Assembly (NCBI GenBank): GCA_963776245.1
Contig: CAVZLN010000004.1
Span: 128,001-192,000, forward strand
Reading direction: 5' to 3'
From: Candidatus Eiseniibacteriota bacterium
GTDB lineage: Bacteria; Eisenbacteria; RBG-16-71-46
Length of the DNA stretch: 64,000 bases
This document shows positions 37,754 to 50,938 of the stretch, one piece after another (within the stretch, counting starts at the first letter, position 1; each line of letters begins with the position of its first letter). Under the pieces are notes generated by a model. That model was not told the origin of the DNA, searched no databases, and was given only the letters and a program-made list of their open reading frames with translations. The position numbers and the translations under genes are program-made.

Positions 37754-37809
37754 CGCCCGACTTCCCGACACCCCGGCCGCGCGCGACCGCGCCGTCCCCA
37801 GGAGAACGC

Positions 37810-39333
37810 ATGGCCCTGCAGGACCTGATGCGCCAGCGCCGCGAGAAGGCCGAGCGCTGGCGGGCGATGGGCGTGGAGCCCTACGCCTACCGTTACGACG
37901 CCACCCACCACGCCGCCGACCTGCTGGCCCGCGGCGAGGCCGTGACCACCGAGTTCGGCGAGCGGGTGCGCGTGGCGGGGCGCCTGATGACCATCCGCGG
38001 GCACGGCAAGGCCGGGTTCGCCCACCTGCTCGATGGCAGCGGCCGCATCCAGCTCTACTTCAAGGCCGACCACCTCGGCGAGGCGTTCGCCCGCTACGAG
38101 CTGCTCGACGTCGGCGACTGGATCGGGGCCGAGGGGCAGCTGTTCCGGACGCGCACGGGCGAGATCACCCTGCGCGTGGATGCCCTCGAGATCCTGGCGA
38201 AGTCGATGCGGCCGATGCCCGAGAAGTGGCATGGACTGCGCGATCCGGAGACCCGGTTCCGCCAGCGCTACGCCGACCTCTTCATGAACCTCGAGGTGCG
38301 CGAGATCTTCCGCCGCCGGGCGCGGCTGGTGTCGGCCCTGCGAGGGTTCCTCGACGGGCGCGGGTACCTGGAGGTCGAGACGCCGGTGCTCCAGCCGCTC
38401 TACGGGGGCGCGTTCGCGCGGCCGTTCGTGACCACCCACCACGCGCTCGACATGACGCTCTACCTGCGCATCTCGAACGAGCTCTACCTCAAGCGCCTGA
38501 TCGTCGGCGGCTTCGAGCGGGTGTACGAGTTCGCGCGCGACTTCCGCAACGAGGGCATGGACCGTTCGCACAATCCCGAGTTCACCATGCTCGAGTACTA
38601 CCAGGCGTTCGCGGACGTGCACGACATGATGAAGCTCACCGAGTCGCTGCTGGGGCACGCGGTGCGGGAGGCGAGCGGGGGCACCGCCCTCGAGTACCAG
38701 GGCGAGCGGATCGACTTCGCCCCGCCGTGGCCGCGGCTGTCGATGCTCGACGCGGTGAGCGCGCGGGTCGGGGAGCCGGTCCACGACCTCGACCCAGGGC
38801 GGCTCGAGCGGCTCGCCCGGGCCCATGCGATCGAGACGCGCCCGGGCACCGGGCCCGGGGGCCTGCTCGACGCGCTGTTCAGCGAGCTGGTCCAGCCCGA
38901 TCTGGTGCGGCCCACCTTCGTCGTCGACCATCCGCTCGAGACCTCACCGCTCGCGCGCGCGAGCCGTGAGAACGGCGCGGTCGTCGAGCGCTTCGAGTTG
39001 TTCGCGGCCCGCATGGAGATCGCCAACGCGTTCACGGAGCAGAACGACCCGATGGCGCAGGCGCGCGCGTTCGATGCCCAGATGGTGCGGCGGGCCGGCG
39101 GGGACGACGAGGCGCAGGTGATGGACCACGACTACGTGCGGGCGCTCGAGTACGGCATGCCGCCCACCGGGGGAGTCGGGATCGGCATCGACCGGCTCAC
39201 CATGCTGCTGACCGGCGCGCGCTCGATCCGCGAGGTCATCCTGTTCCCGACGCTGCGCCCGGAAGAGGGCCGCGCGGAGCTCGACGATGAGGACGCCGTC
39301 GCGGACGGCGGAGCCGGGCCGGACCCCGCGTGA
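37810..39333 (+). CDS. lysS: Lysine--tRNA ligase (class II)
   Basis: EVETPVL, GGAFARPF, ELYLKRLIVGG, FRNEG, HNPEFTMLE, YGMPPTGG. Confidence 0.97.
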   Translation: MALQDLMRQRREKAERWRAMGVEPYAYRYDATHHAADLLARGEAVTTEFGERVRVAGRLMTIRGHGKAGFAHLLDGSGRIQLYFKADHLGEAFARYELLDVGDWIGAEGQLFRTRTGEITLRVDALEILAKSMRPMPEKWHGLRDPETRFRQRYADLFMNLEVREIFRRRARLVSALRGFLDGRGYLEVETPVLQPLYGGAFARPFVTTHHALDMTLYLRISNELYLKRLIVGGFERVYEFARDFRNEGMDRSHNPEFTMLEYYQAFADVHDMMKLTESLLGHAVREASGGTALEYQGERIDFAPPWPRLSMLDAVSARVGEPVHDLDPGRLERLARAHAIETRPGTGPGGLLDALFSELVQPDLVRPTFVVDHPLETSPLARASRENGAVVERFELFAARMEIANAFTEQNDPMAQARAFDAQMVRRAGGDDEAQVMDHDYVRALEYGMPPTGGVGIGIDRLTMLLTGARSIREVILFPTLRPEEGRAELDDEDAVADGGAGPDPA

Positions 39334-40607
39334 GGCTTTCGCTGTGGATCGCGGCGCGCTACCTGCGCACGCGGCGGCAGAGCGGATTCATCACCCTGCT
39401 CACCGGGATCTCGATCGGCGGCGTGGCGCTCGGCGTCACGGCCCTGCTCACCGTGCTGGCCGTGATGAACGGCTTCGAGAACGAGATCCAGACCCGGATC
39501 GCCGGGACCGACGCGCACGTCGTGCTGCTCGGCGGGGACACCGGCGGGGTCGCGGACGCGGACCGCATCACCGCGCGCGTGAAGCGCCTGCCGGGTGTCG
39601 CGGGCGTGGCCCCCTTCACGTACGCCAAGTCCATGATCGTGCACCGCGGGCTGAGCGAGGGGATGGTGGTCAAGGGGGTGGATCTGCGCGCCGAGCGCGC
39701 GGTCACCACCGTGGGGTCGAACATGCGCCCGGCGCTCGATTCGATCCCGACCCGCAGCCCGGCGGGCGAGCCCGGGATCGTGCTGGGATCGGAACTGGCG
39801 GCGCGGGTCGGCGCGCAGGTGGGTGACGTGGTGGTGCTCGCCTCGCTGGCGGGCGCGGAGCAGACCGCGTTCGGCTTCGCCCCGCGCCTGCGGCCCTTCC
39901 GGGTGGTGGGGTTGTTCACCTCCGGCCTCTACACCTACGACTCCGCGTTCGGCTTCACCTCGATCGCGGCCTCGCAGGAGTTCTACCAGCTCGGCGATCG
40001 CGTGACCGGGATCGAGGTGAGGCTCGACGACATGTTCGCCGCGCCGGCGATGGCGCGCGCCATCCTCGACTCGCTGGGCGCGATGCCCGGCACCGGCATC
40101 CCGCCCCTCACCGAGTCGGTGCTGGGCCTGCGCGCCAACAACTGGATCGAGCTCAACCGGAACCTGTTCACGTGGATGAAGCTCGAGAAGGCCGTGATGT
40201 TCGTGATCCTCGCGCTGATCGTGCTGGTGGCGGCGTTCAACATCGTCAGCACGCTCTTCATGGTGGTGCTCGAGAAGCGTCACGACATCGGCGTGCTCAA
40301 GGCGCTGGGCGCCACCCGGGCCATGATCCTCGAGATCTTCCTCGCCGAGGGGCTGCTCATCGGCGGGCTCGGCACCGGGGCCGGGGCGGCGCTCGGTTTC
40401 GCGCTGATCGAGGTGTTGCAGCGCTACCCGTTCGTGCGGCTCCCCGGCGACGTGTACTTCATCGAGCGGCTCCCGGTGCGACCGGAGGCGGGGGACTTCG
40501 CCGTCGTCATTCTTGCCGCCCTGGCGCTCTGTCTGGCCGCCGCGCTCTATCCCGCCTGGCGGGCCTCGTGCCTGGAGCCGGTCGACGCGATCCGGCGGCA
40601 GGCTTGA
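39330..40607 (+). CDS. lolC: Lipoprotein-releasing ABC transporter permease (LolC/E)
   Basis: GVALGVTAL..VLAVMNGF, LVAAFNIVSTL, DIGVLKALGA, LYPAWRA. Confidence 0.9.
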   Translation: MRLSLWIAARYLRTRRQSGFITLLTGISIGGVALGVTALLTVLAVMNGFENEIQTRIAGTDAHVVLLGGDTGGVADADRITARVKRLPGVAGVAPFTYAKSMIVHRGLSEGMVVKGVDLRAERAVTTVGSNMRPALDSIPTRSPAGEPGIVLGSELAARVGAQVGDVVVLASLAGAEQTAFGFAPRLRPFRVVGLFTSGLYTYDSAFGFTSIAASQEFYQLGDRVTGIEVRLDDMFAAPAMARAILDSLGAMPGTGIPPLTESVLGLRANNWIELNRNLFTWMKLEKAVMFVILALIVLVAAFNIVSTLFMVVLEKRHDIGVLKALGATRAMILEIFLAEGLLIGGLGTGAGAALGFALIEVLQRYPFVRLPGDVYFIERLPVRPEAGDFAVVILAALALCLAAALYPAWRASCLEPVDAIRRQA

Positions 40608-40645
40608 TGCGAGGCGCGAGATGAAGCACGGAAGGGGTTGATGTC

Positions 40646-41338
40646 ATGACGATTGGGACCGCCGAAGTCGTTCTGAGCGCGCACCGGATCGCCAAGTCGT
40701 ACGTGGGCCCGGGGGGGCGCCTGGAGGTCCTCACGGACGTGGATCTCGAGGTCTCGCGTGGCATGGTTCTGGCAATCGTGGGGAGGTCCGGATCGGGGAA
40801 GAGCACGCTGCTGAACATCCTCGGGACACTCGACCGTGCCGACGCGGGCACGCTGTCGATCCGTGGCGAGAGCATCGAGTCGCTCTCCGAGGTCGTCCTG
40901 GCGCGTTTCCGCGCCCGGCACCTCGGGTTCGTGTTCCAGTTCCATCACCTGCTGCCCGAGTTCACCGCCGAGGAGAACGTGATGATGCCGCTGCTCATCG
41001 CCGGCGAGCGTCCGGAGCGGGCGCGCGAGCGGGCGCGCGACGCGCTGGGCGCGGCGGGGCTGCGGGAACGCTGGGAGCACCGGCCGGCGCAGCTGTCCGG
41101 CGGGGAGGCCCAGCGGGTGGCGGTGGCGCGCGCGCTCGCGGGTTCGCCGGGGCTCGTGCTGGCCGACGAGCCGTCGGGGAACCTCGATCCGCGCGCCGCG
41201 GACGCTCTGCATGAACTGATGGGCGCGCTCGCGCGCGAGCGGCATCAGACGTTTGTGGTGGTGACGCACAATGATAGGCTGGCGGCGATCGCCGACCGCG
41301 TCCTCCGGCTGGAGGGCGGGCGGCTCGTCGAGGCGTGA
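40646..41338 (+). CDS. lolD: Lipoprotein-releasing ABC transporter ATPase
   Basis: GRSGSGKS, GFVFQFHHLLPEFTA, LSGGE, LADEPSGNLD. Confidence 0.92.
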   Translation: MTIGTAEVVLSAHRIAKSYVGPGGRLEVLTDVDLEVSRGMVLAIVGRSGSGKSTLLNILGTLDRADAGTLSIRGESIESLSEVVLARFRARHLGFVFQFHHLLPEFTAEENVMMPLLIAGERPERARERARDALGAAGLRERWEHRPAQLSGGEAQRVAVARALAGSPGLVLADEPSGNLDPRAADALHELMGALARERHQTFVVVTHNDRLAAIADRVLRLEGGRLVEA

Positions 41339-41351
41339 GGGACGCGACCGG

Positions 41352-41879
41352 ATGCTCTGCCAGATCTGCGGGAAGACCCCCGCGACGGTGCATTTCACCG
41401 AGATCCACGACAACAAGATGACCGAGATCCACGTGTGCGAACGCTGCGCCGAGGAGAAGGGGCTTCACAGCCCGGCGAAGAAGCACAAGTTCGACATCGC
41501 GGATCTGCTGGCCGGGATGGTCGACGGGATGACTTCGACCGAGGAGGAGCGCGTCGGGCACGTGCAGTGCCCGCACTGCGGCCTGCTCTACTCCGGCTTC
41601 CGCGAGACCGGCCGGCTCGGCTGCGCGGAGTGCTACACCGCGTTCCAGTTCCAGTTGCGCCCGCTGCTGCGGCGCATCCACGGCGACACCCGGCACCGGG
41701 GCAAGACCCCGGCCCGCGACGGCGCCGGGGTGTCGCGCTCGCGGCAGATCCAGCGCCTGCACGACGAACTCCAGCGCGCGGTCGAGCGCGAGGACTTCGA
41801 GCGGGCGGCCCAGCTGCGCGACGACATCAAGCGGCTCGAGACCGAGACGCGCGCCGCCGCGGGGGAGGCCCGCTCGTGA
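41352..41879 (+). CDS. mcsA: McsA protein-arginine kinase activator (CxxC x4, UVR domain)
   Basis: CQIC, CERC, CPHC, GRLGCAEC, IHG..RHRGKTP, EDFERAAQLRD. Confidence 0.95.
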   Translation: MLCQICGKTPATVHFTEIHDNKMTEIHVCERCAEEKGLHSPAKKHKFDIADLLAGMVDGMTSTEEERVGHVQCPHCGLLYSGFRETGRLGCAECYTAFQFQLRPLLRRIHGDTRHRGKTPARDGAGVSRSRQIQRLHDELQRAVEREDFERAAQLRDDIKRLETETRAAAGEARS

Positions 41880-42970
41880 ACGCCACGCCCTCCCCGCAGT
41901 CGTTCGACGAGCTGGTGGGCCGCGCGAGCCCGTGGCTCGCCGGGGACGGCCCGCGCTCCGAGCTGGTGCTCTCGACGCGGGTGCGGCTGGCGCGCAACCT
42001 CGGCGCCGTCCCGTTCACCCACCGCGCGCGTCCGGAGCAGCTCGAAGGGGTGCTCGCCTCGGTCTCGGGGGCGGCGCAGCGCGGCGCGAGTTTCGGCGGC
42101 GGGCTCATGCTGCGGATGGACCGGCTGACGCCGGTCGAGCGCCAGATCCTGGTGGAGCGCCACCTGGTCTCGCACGAACTGGGCGATGGCACCAAGCCGC
42201 GCGGCATCGTCATCGGCGCCGGCGAGAGCCTCTCGCTGATGGTCAACGAGGAGGACCACCTGCGCCTCCAGTCGATGGCCTCGGGGTTCCAGCTCGCCGA
42301 GGCCTGGGCGAACGCGGACGCCGCCGACGACGAGCTCAACCAATCGCTCGATTTCGCGTTCTCCGACGAGATCGGCTACCTGACGTCGTGCCCCACCAAC
42401 GCCGGCACCGGGCTGCGCGCTTCGGTGCTCATCCACATGCCCGCGCTGGTGCTGCTCGACGAGATCCAGAAGGTGCTCAAGAGCATCATGCAGGTCGGGC
42501 TCAACGTGCGGGGGCTCTACGGGGAGCACAGCGAGGTGATGGGCAATCTGTTCCAGATCTCGAACCAGACCACGCTCGGCCGCAGCGAGCGCGACTCGAT
42601 CGAGAGCCTCGAGCGCGTGACGCGGCAGATCATCGACACCGAGGAGCGCGCGCGCGAGCGCATGCTCCGTGACGCACGGGTGCAGATCGAGGACAAGGTC
42701 TGGCGCGCCTACGGCACGCTGCGCCACTGCCGCTCGATCCACTCCCGCGAAGTCATCAACCTGTGCTCGGCGGTGCGGCTGGGCGTCGCCCTCGGCCTGC
42801 CGGGCCTGCCGCCGCTGGCGGCGCTCAACCAGCTGCTGATCGTGACCCAGCCCGCCCACCTCGAGCGATCCCACGGCGGCGAGCTCACCCCGGCCGAACG
42901 GAATGTCCACCGCGCCCTACTCGTGCGCGAGCGGCTGGCTGCCGCTGAGCGCGAGTCCGGGACCCCCTGA
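41876..42970 (+). CDS. mcsB: Protein-arginine kinase
   Basis: STRVRLARN, LVERHLVS, MVNEEDHLR, CPTNAGTGLRAS, VRGLYGE, QISNQ. Confidence 0.95.
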   Translation: MNATPSPQSFDELVGRASPWLAGDGPRSELVLSTRVRLARNLGAVPFTHRARPEQLEGVLASVSGAAQRGASFGGGLMLRMDRLTPVERQILVERHLVSHELGDGTKPRGIVIGAGESLSLMVNEEDHLRLQSMASGFQLAEAWANADAADDELNQSLDFAFSDEIGYLTSCPTNAGTGLRASVLIHMPALVLLDEIQKVLKSIMQVGLNVRGLYGEHSEVMGNLFQISNQTTLGRSERDSIESLERVTRQIIDTEERARERMLRDARVQIEDKVWRAYGTLRHCRSIHSREVINLCSAVRLGVALGLPGLPPLAALNQLLIVTQPAHLERSHGGELTPAERNVHRALLVRERLAAAERESGTP

Positions 42971-42987
42971 GCCCAAGGAGCGACGCG

Positions 42988-45459
<2,472 letters not shown>

Positions 45460-45469
45460 GGGCGGCCTG

Positions 45470-47869
45470 CTGATCCGACTGCTCGTCCTCGCGCTCCTGC
45501 TCTCCGCGCCGGCGGCGGCGCAGGTCCCGTCCGCGGAACCGCCACCGGTGGCCCCCGAGGCCGCCGCCGCGCCGCTGGTGGGCAGCGTCTCGGTCCGCGG
45601 CAACGTGACGACCGACAGCCTCCGCATCCTGCGCACGTTCGAGGTGCGCACGGGCGAACGCTACTCGGCCGACGCGGTCCGTCGCGGACTTCGCAAGCTC
45701 AACGCGCTCGGGGTCCTCGACGAGATGGTGGTCGAGCGGGATGCGCACGACGGGGTGGTGGATCTCGTGGTGGTGGTCAAGGAGCGGCCCCGCATCGCGA
45801 GCATCGCGTTCACCGGGAACCAGCGGCGCTCGACCTCGGACCTCGAGCACAAGCTCTTCCTGCGCAAGGGCGAGGTGTATTCCGCGACCCAGGTGCGGAC
45901 CCAGGTGGACACCCTGCTCAAGGTCTACAAAGACGCCGGGTTCGCGCGCGCCGCCATCGACGCGCGGACCGACACGCTCCCCGGGAACCAGGTCGGGCTG
46001 CGCTTCGTGGTGACCGAGGGCGAGAAGGTGCGCATCACGCGGGTGGAGTTCCCCGGCGCCACGGCGTTCACGCCCGCCCGGCTGGCGAAGCAGCTCAAGA
46101 GTCACAAGCGGGGCTTCTTCGGGGGCGGCGAGCCCGACGAGTCGAAGTTCGGCGAGGACCGCGAGAAGGTCGAGCAGTGGTACCGCAACCACGGCTACCG
46201 CGATGCGCGGGTGACGAGCCAGACGCTGCTCCCGGGCGGCCAGCCGCGCGACCTGACGCTGCGCATCGCCGTCGAGGAGGGGCCGCGCTACCGCCAGGGA
46301 GCGGTGACGTGGACCGGCAACCAGGTGATCGAGCGCCCGGTGCTCGAGGCCATGTGGCGGCCCAAGCCGGACGACCGCTACGACGCCTCGCGGATCGAAA
46401 AGGCGAGCCAGTCGGCCTACGGGGAGTATGCCGAGCGCGGCTACCTGTACCTGCAGGTCGAACCCAGCGAGTCGGTGCACGACTCGGTGGTCGACGTGGC
46501 GTTCGCGATCACCGAGGGCCGGCCCTCGAACGTGCGCTACGTGCGCATCTCGGGCAACCGGGGCACGCGCGAGAAGGTGATCCGGCGCGAGTCGGACATC
46601 CGGGAGGGCGATCGCTTCCGCCGCTCGGCCCTGGTGCGCACCCAGGGTGACATCTTCCGCCTCGGTCTGTTCGAGGACGTCCAGATCGACTTCGCCGCCG
46701 CCGAGAGCTCCGACGTGGACATCCAGCTCAAGGTCAAGGAGAAGCAGGTGGGCACCGCTTCGGCGGGCGCCGGGTACACCAACGAGAGCGGGCTCACGGG
46801 GTTCCTCGAACTCGGGCACAACAACGTGCTCGGGAACGGGCAGAGCCTCTCGCTCCATCTCGAGCGTGGCAGCCGGCGGGAGGACTACTACCTGTCGTTC
46901 ACCGAGCCGTGGTTCCGCGACACCCCCACGCTGTTGGGTTTCAGTGTGTTCAACACCATGCGGGACCGCGACCTCTACCGCGAGAAGCGGATCGGAGGCT
47001 CGGGACGCATCGGGCGCCCGCTGCCGTGGCCGGACTACTCGCGCGGCTCCCTCGGCTACAGCCTCGAGGACGTGACCATCACCGAACTGCTGTCCACATC
47101 CACCGCGAGCGATTCGATCGTGCTGAACAGCCTGCAGGTCGGACGGGCGATCCGCACCAGCAGCACGACCCTGAACTTCCTGCGCAACAGCGCGGACAAC
47201 CCCTTCTATCCGAGCAAGGGCAGTCGCCTCTCGCTCGAGAGCGAGATCGCGGGCGGACCGTTCGGCGGCTCGGTGAACTACCACAAGCACCGGCTCGACG
47301 GACGGCTCTACCTCCCGTCGGGCGTGAAGACCGTCACCACCATGCTCAAGGCCCGGGTGGGATTCGTGGCGGAGTACCCCGACCAGCACAGCCCGATCCC
47401 CGCGTACGAGCGGTTCCGTCTCGGCGGCGGGACCACGCTCGATCCCCTGCGCGGGTACGACGACTACCAGGTGGTGCCGGAGAAGTTCGACCGCTTCGTC
47501 GTCACACGTGCCATCTCGAAGTTCGACACCACGTTCACGGGAACCACGGTGACGAGGATCGACACGCTCTATTCCGAGAGCCGCACGCGCGTGCGCTACC
47601 CGGGCGGGCGCTTCATGCTCGCGTACACGGTCGAGGAGCAGTTCCCGATTGTGCACCCGCTGCACGGTGTGGTCTTCTTCGACGCGGGCAACACGTGGGA
47701 CCGCCTGCGGGAGGTGCGTCCGTTCGACCTCAAGATGGGGGCGGGCATCGGCTTCCGGCTCGAGATCCCCCTGCTCGGCAATGTCGGCTTCGACTACGGC
47801 TACGGATTCGATCGCGACGACGGTCCCCGGGCCGTCGGCCACTTCCTCCTCGGCAACACGAGCTTCTGA
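45470..47869 (+). CDS. bamA: Outer-membrane protein assembly factor BamA (start probably CTG)
   Basis: Signal peptide IRLLVLALLLSAPAAA-Q, POTRA repeats, FTEPW, LRGY, C-terminal F. Confidence 0.92.
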   Translation: MIRLLVLALLLSAPAAAQVPSAEPPPVAPEAAAAPLVGSVSVRGNVTTDSLRILRTFEVRTGERYSADAVRRGLRKLNALGVLDEMVVERDAHDGVVDLVVVVKERPRIASIAFTGNQRRSTSDLEHKLFLRKGEVYSATQVRTQVDTLLKVYKDAGFARAAIDARTDTLPGNQVGLRFVVTEGEKVRITRVEFPGATAFTPARLAKQLKSHKRGFFGGGEPDESKFGEDREKVEQWYRNHGYRDARVTSQTLLPGGQPRDLTLRIAVEEGPRYRQGAVTWTGNQVIERPVLEAMWRPKPDDRYDASRIEKASQSAYGEYAERGYLYLQVEPSESVHDSVVDVAFAITEGRPSNVRYVRISGNRGTREKVIRRESDIREGDRFRRSALVRTQGDIFRLGLFEDVQIDFAAAESSDVDIQLKVKEKQVGTASAGAGYTNESGLTGFLELGHNNVLGNGQSLSLHLERGSRREDYYLSFTEPWFRDTPTLLGFSVFNTMRDRDLYREKRIGGSGRIGRPLPWPDYSRGSLGYSLEDVTITELLSTSTASDSIVLNSLQVGRAIRTSSTTLNFLRNSADNPFYPSKGSRLSLESEIAGGPFGGSVNYHKHRLDGRLYLPSGVKTVTTMLKARVGFVAEYPDQHSPIPAYERFRLGGGTTLDPLRGYDDYQVVPEKFDRFVVTRAISKFDTTFTGTTVTRIDTLYSESRTRVRYPGGRFMLAYTVEEQFPIVHPLHGVVFFDAGNTWDRLREVRPFDLKMGAGIGFRLEIPLLGNVGFDYGYGFDRDDGPRAVGHFLLGNTSF

Positions 47870-47871
47870 CC

Positions 47872-48456
47872 ATGCCCGATGCCTCTCGCCTGACCCCCGT
47901 CGCGCGCCCGATCGGCGCGGGGCTCGTCGTCCTCGGGCTCTTGCTCGGGTGGGTCCCCGGCGCGCGGGCCGCGTCGCCCGCCGACCTCCGCCTAGGCTAT
48001 ATTGACTCGGGCAAGATCTTCGAGCAGTACAAGGTGGCGCAGGAGACCCAACAGCGTTTCGATCGCCGGGTCCAGGGGTGGCGCGACGAGGCCGCCGAGA
48101 AGGAGAAGGCGGTCAACGCGCTGCGCGCCGAGGTGCGCGACCAGTCGCCGATCCTCTCCGCGTCGCGGCGCCAGGAGAAGGAGGAATCGCTGCAGCGCGC
48201 CATCGGCGAGTACGAGCGCTTCATCCAGGACATCTGGGGACCGCAGGGCAAGGCGTTCCAGGAGAACCAGCAGGCGACCGAGGAGGTCGTGACGCAGATC
48301 CGCCAGGCGGTCGAGAAGGTCGCCGCGGACAAGGGGCTGTGGCTCGTGTTCGACTCGACGAGCGGGTTCCTGATCTACGCGGACCGGTCGCTCGACCTGA
48401 CCGCCGATGTGCTGACCGAACTCAACGCACGCCTGTCGGACACGACCCCGCACTGA
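47872..48456 (+). CDS. skp: Skp/OmpH chaperone
   Basis: Signal peptide, LGYID, coiled coil, [10 protein letters not shown]; follows bamA. Confidence 0.9.
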   Translation: MPDASRLTPVARPIGAGLVVLGLLLGWVPGARAASPADLRLGYIDSGKIFEQYKVAQETQQRFDRRVQGWRDEAAEKEKAVNALRAEVRDQSPILSASRRQEKEESLQRAIGEYERFIQDIWGPQGKAFQENQQATEEVVTQIRQAVEKVAADKGLWLVFDSTSGFLIYADRSLDLTADVLTELNARLSDTTPH

Positions 48457-48557
48457 CGCAGGGGGCCACGGCCGCGGAGCGGGTTCACGCAAGCGATCGC
48501 GCCGCGCCACGCCGGGGGCCGAGGAGGCCGTTCCGTGGACGGCCCGGGAAGGCGAGG

Positions 48558-49619
48558 ATGATCACCCTGACGCTGGAAGAACTGGCCCTCGAGCTGAACG
48601 GCGAGGTGGTGGGTGACGGATCCATCGCGATCCGCGGCGTCGCGGGCATCCGCGAGGCGATGCCCGGCGACATCACGTTCGTCGCCAACTCGCGCTACGA
48701 CGCCTATCTGACGGAGACGCGGGCGTCCGCGGTGATCATCTCGCGGAACGCGCCGCAGACCCCGGTGGCGCTGATCAAGGTCGACAACCCGTACCTGGCG
48801 TTCCAGCGCGCGGTGGTGCTGTTCCGCCCCGACATCTATCGCCCCGCGCCCGGCGTGCACCCGAGCGCCACCGTCTCGCCCGAGGCCACGGTGGGCGAGG
48901 GCGCCTCGATCGGCCCGCACTGCGTGGTCGAACGCGGCGCGACGCTGGGGGAGCGCGCGGTCCTCATGAGCGGCTGCTACCTCGGCGTGAACGCGGCGGT
49001 GGGCGCGGACAGCTACCTCTATCCGCACGTGACGGTGCGCGAGGAATGCACCCTCGGCGCCCGCTGCACCGTGCATCCGGGCGCGGTCATCGGCAGCGAC
49101 GGGTTCGGGTTCGCGCTCGACGCGGGCCGCTATCACAAGGTGCCGCAGGTCGGCGTCGTGGTGGTGGGCGATGACGTCGAGATCGGTGCCAACGTCACCA
49201 TCGACCGCGCCACCACCGACGCCACCCGCATCGGCCACGGCACCAAGATCGACAACCTGGTCCAGATCGGCCATAACGTGGTCATCGGCGATCACTGCAT
49301 CGTGGTAGCACAGGTCGGGATCTCCGGGAGCACGCGGCTCGAGGACTACGTCACCGTCGCCGGCCAGGCGGGGCTCGCGGGGCACATCGTGATCGGCCGC
49401 GGGGCGCAGATCGGCGGACAGAGCGGGGTGTCGAAGTCGGTGCGCGCGGGCACCCAGGTGTTCGGGACCCCGGCGCTCCCGTTCATGCTCTTCAAGCGCA
49501 TCAATGCGTACATCAAGCGACTGCCCGACCTGTTCCAGCGCGCCAGGACGCTCGAGGAGAGGGTCGCCGCGCTCGAGCGGCAGAACGAGCGGGAGAACGA
49601 ACGGGAGGGTGTCCGTTGA
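48558..49619 (+). CDS. lpxD: UDP-3-O-acylglucosamine N-acyltransferase
   Basis: NPYLAF, hexapeptide repeats, [18 protein letters not shown]. Confidence 0.96.
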   Translation: MITLTLEELALELNGEVVGDGSIAIRGVAGIREAMPGDITFVANSRYDAYLTETRASAVIISRNAPQTPVALIKVDNPYLAFQRAVVLFRPDIYRPAPGVHPSATVSPEATVGEGASIGPHCVVERGATLGERAVLMSGCYLGVNAAVGADSYLYPHVTVREECTLGARCTVHPGAVIGSDGFGFALDAGRYHKVPQVGVVVVGDDVEIGANVTIDRATTDATRIGHGTKIDNLVQIGHNVVIGDHCIVVAQVGISGSTRLEDYVTVAGQAGLAGHIVIGRGAQIGGQSGVSKSVRAGTQVFGTPALPFMLFKRINAYIKRLPDLFQRARTLEERVAALERQNERENEREGVR

Positions 49620-50938
49620 GCGGGAAGATGCAGCGCACGCTCGCGCGTGAGGCGTCGCTCGAGGGCGTTGGCCTGCACACCGGCGAGCGCGGGACCGTGG
49701 TGTTCAAGCCCGCGGCCGTGGGCACCGGAGTGCGCTTCATCCGCACCGACCTGCCGGGCCGGCCCGCGGTGCAGGTGCGGCCCGAGAACGCCCACTTCGA
49801 CCCGCGCGCGGGGCGACGCACGATCCTGGTGCAGGACGACGTCCAGATCCACACCATGGAACACCTGCTCTCCGCGGTGGCCGGGGTCGGCATCGACAAT
49901 CTGCTGGTCGAGACGTCCACGATGGAGATCCCGGAGCCGGCCGACGGCAGCGCGGAGCCGATCGCGCGCCTGCTCCTCGACACCGGGATCCTGACGCAGG
50001 ACCGCCCCCGCACCCACATCAAGGTCACCAAGCCGGTGTCCTGGACCGAGAACGGGGTGGAGTTGCGCGCGGTGCCCCACCACGGCCTCAAGATCACGTT
50101 CACCATCGACTACCCGGACACCTTCATCGGGCGCCAGACGCTCTCGCTCGACATCGACGAGCAGACCTTCCTGCGCGAGATCGCGCCGGCCCGCACCTTC
50201 GTGCTCGAACAGGACCTCGCGGCGCTCCGGGCGGCGGGCTGGATCAAGGGCGGCCGCATCGAGAGCGCGGTGGTGGTGGGCGCGGAGGGCGTGCGCAACC
50301 CCGGCGGCCTGCGATTCCCGGACGAGTTCGTGCGCCACAAGATCCTCGACCTGCTCGGCGACCTCTCGCTCCTCGGTGGACCGCTGCTCGGACACGTCAC
50401 GGCGCTGCGCTCGGGCCACCACGGCCACGTCAATTTCGTCAAGCAGCTCAAGCGGACGCTGCCCCTGCCCGGGCGCCGTGACGGTGGACCGCCCGAGGAG
50501 TGGGACATCACCGCCATCCTCGACATCCTCCCGCACCGGTACCCCTTCCTGCTGGTGGACCGCATCACCCACTTCGAAGAGGGGCGCAGCATCGAGGGGC
50601 TGAAGAACGTCACCATCAACGAGCCGTTCTTCGTCGGACATTTTCCCGGCCACCCGGTGATGCCCGCGGTCCTGATCCTCGAGGCGATGGCCCAGGTGGG
50701 CGGACTGCTGCTGCTGAACTCCGTCGACGATCCCAGCGACAAGCTGGTGTACTTCATGGGCATCGATGGCGCCCGCTTCCGCCGTCCGGTGACCCCCGGC
50801 GACCAGCTGCGCTTCCGCCTGACGCTGCTCAAGCTGAAGAACCGGGTCTCGCGCATGCACGGCGAGGCGTTCGTGGACGGGCAGCTGGTGGCCGAGGCCG
50901 ACCTGATGGCCAGCATCGTGGACCGGCGCCCGCTATGA
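49616..50938 (+). CDS. lpxC: Bifunctional LpxC-FabZ fusion
   Basis: [32 protein letters not shown]; then [26 protein letters not shown] (FabZ). Confidence 0.95.
   Translation: MSGKMQRTLAREASLEGVGLHTGERGTVVFKPAAVGTGVRFIRTDLPGRPAVQVRPENAHFDPRAGRRTILVQDDVQIHTMEHLLSAVAGVGIDNLLVETSTMEIPEPADGSAEPIARLLLDTGILTQDRPRTHIKVTKPVSWTENGVELRAVPHHGLKITFTIDYPDTFIGRQTLSLDIDEQTFLREIAPARTFVLEQDLAALRAAGWIKGGRIESAVVVGAEGVRNPGGLRFPDEFVRHKILDLLGDLSLLGGPLLGHVTALRSGHHGHVNFVKQLKRTLPLPGRRDGGPPEEWDITAILDILPHRYPFLLVDRITHFEEGRSIEGLKNVTINEPFFVGHFPGHPVMPAVLILEAMAQVGGLLLLNSVDDPSDKLVYFMGIDGARFRRPVTPGDQLRFRLTLLKLKNRVSRMHGEAFVDGQLVAEADLMASIVDRRPL

Noticed and set aside
37623..37809. T-box leader before lysS (also checked before proS)
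   Set aside because: No T-box consensus or terminator U-tract; leaders after the predicted promoters are too short
49616..50938. LpxC-FabZ fusion (and archaeal-type ProRS) as novelties
   Set aside because: Both are well known in Bacteroidota and related lineages; useful only as taxonomic hints
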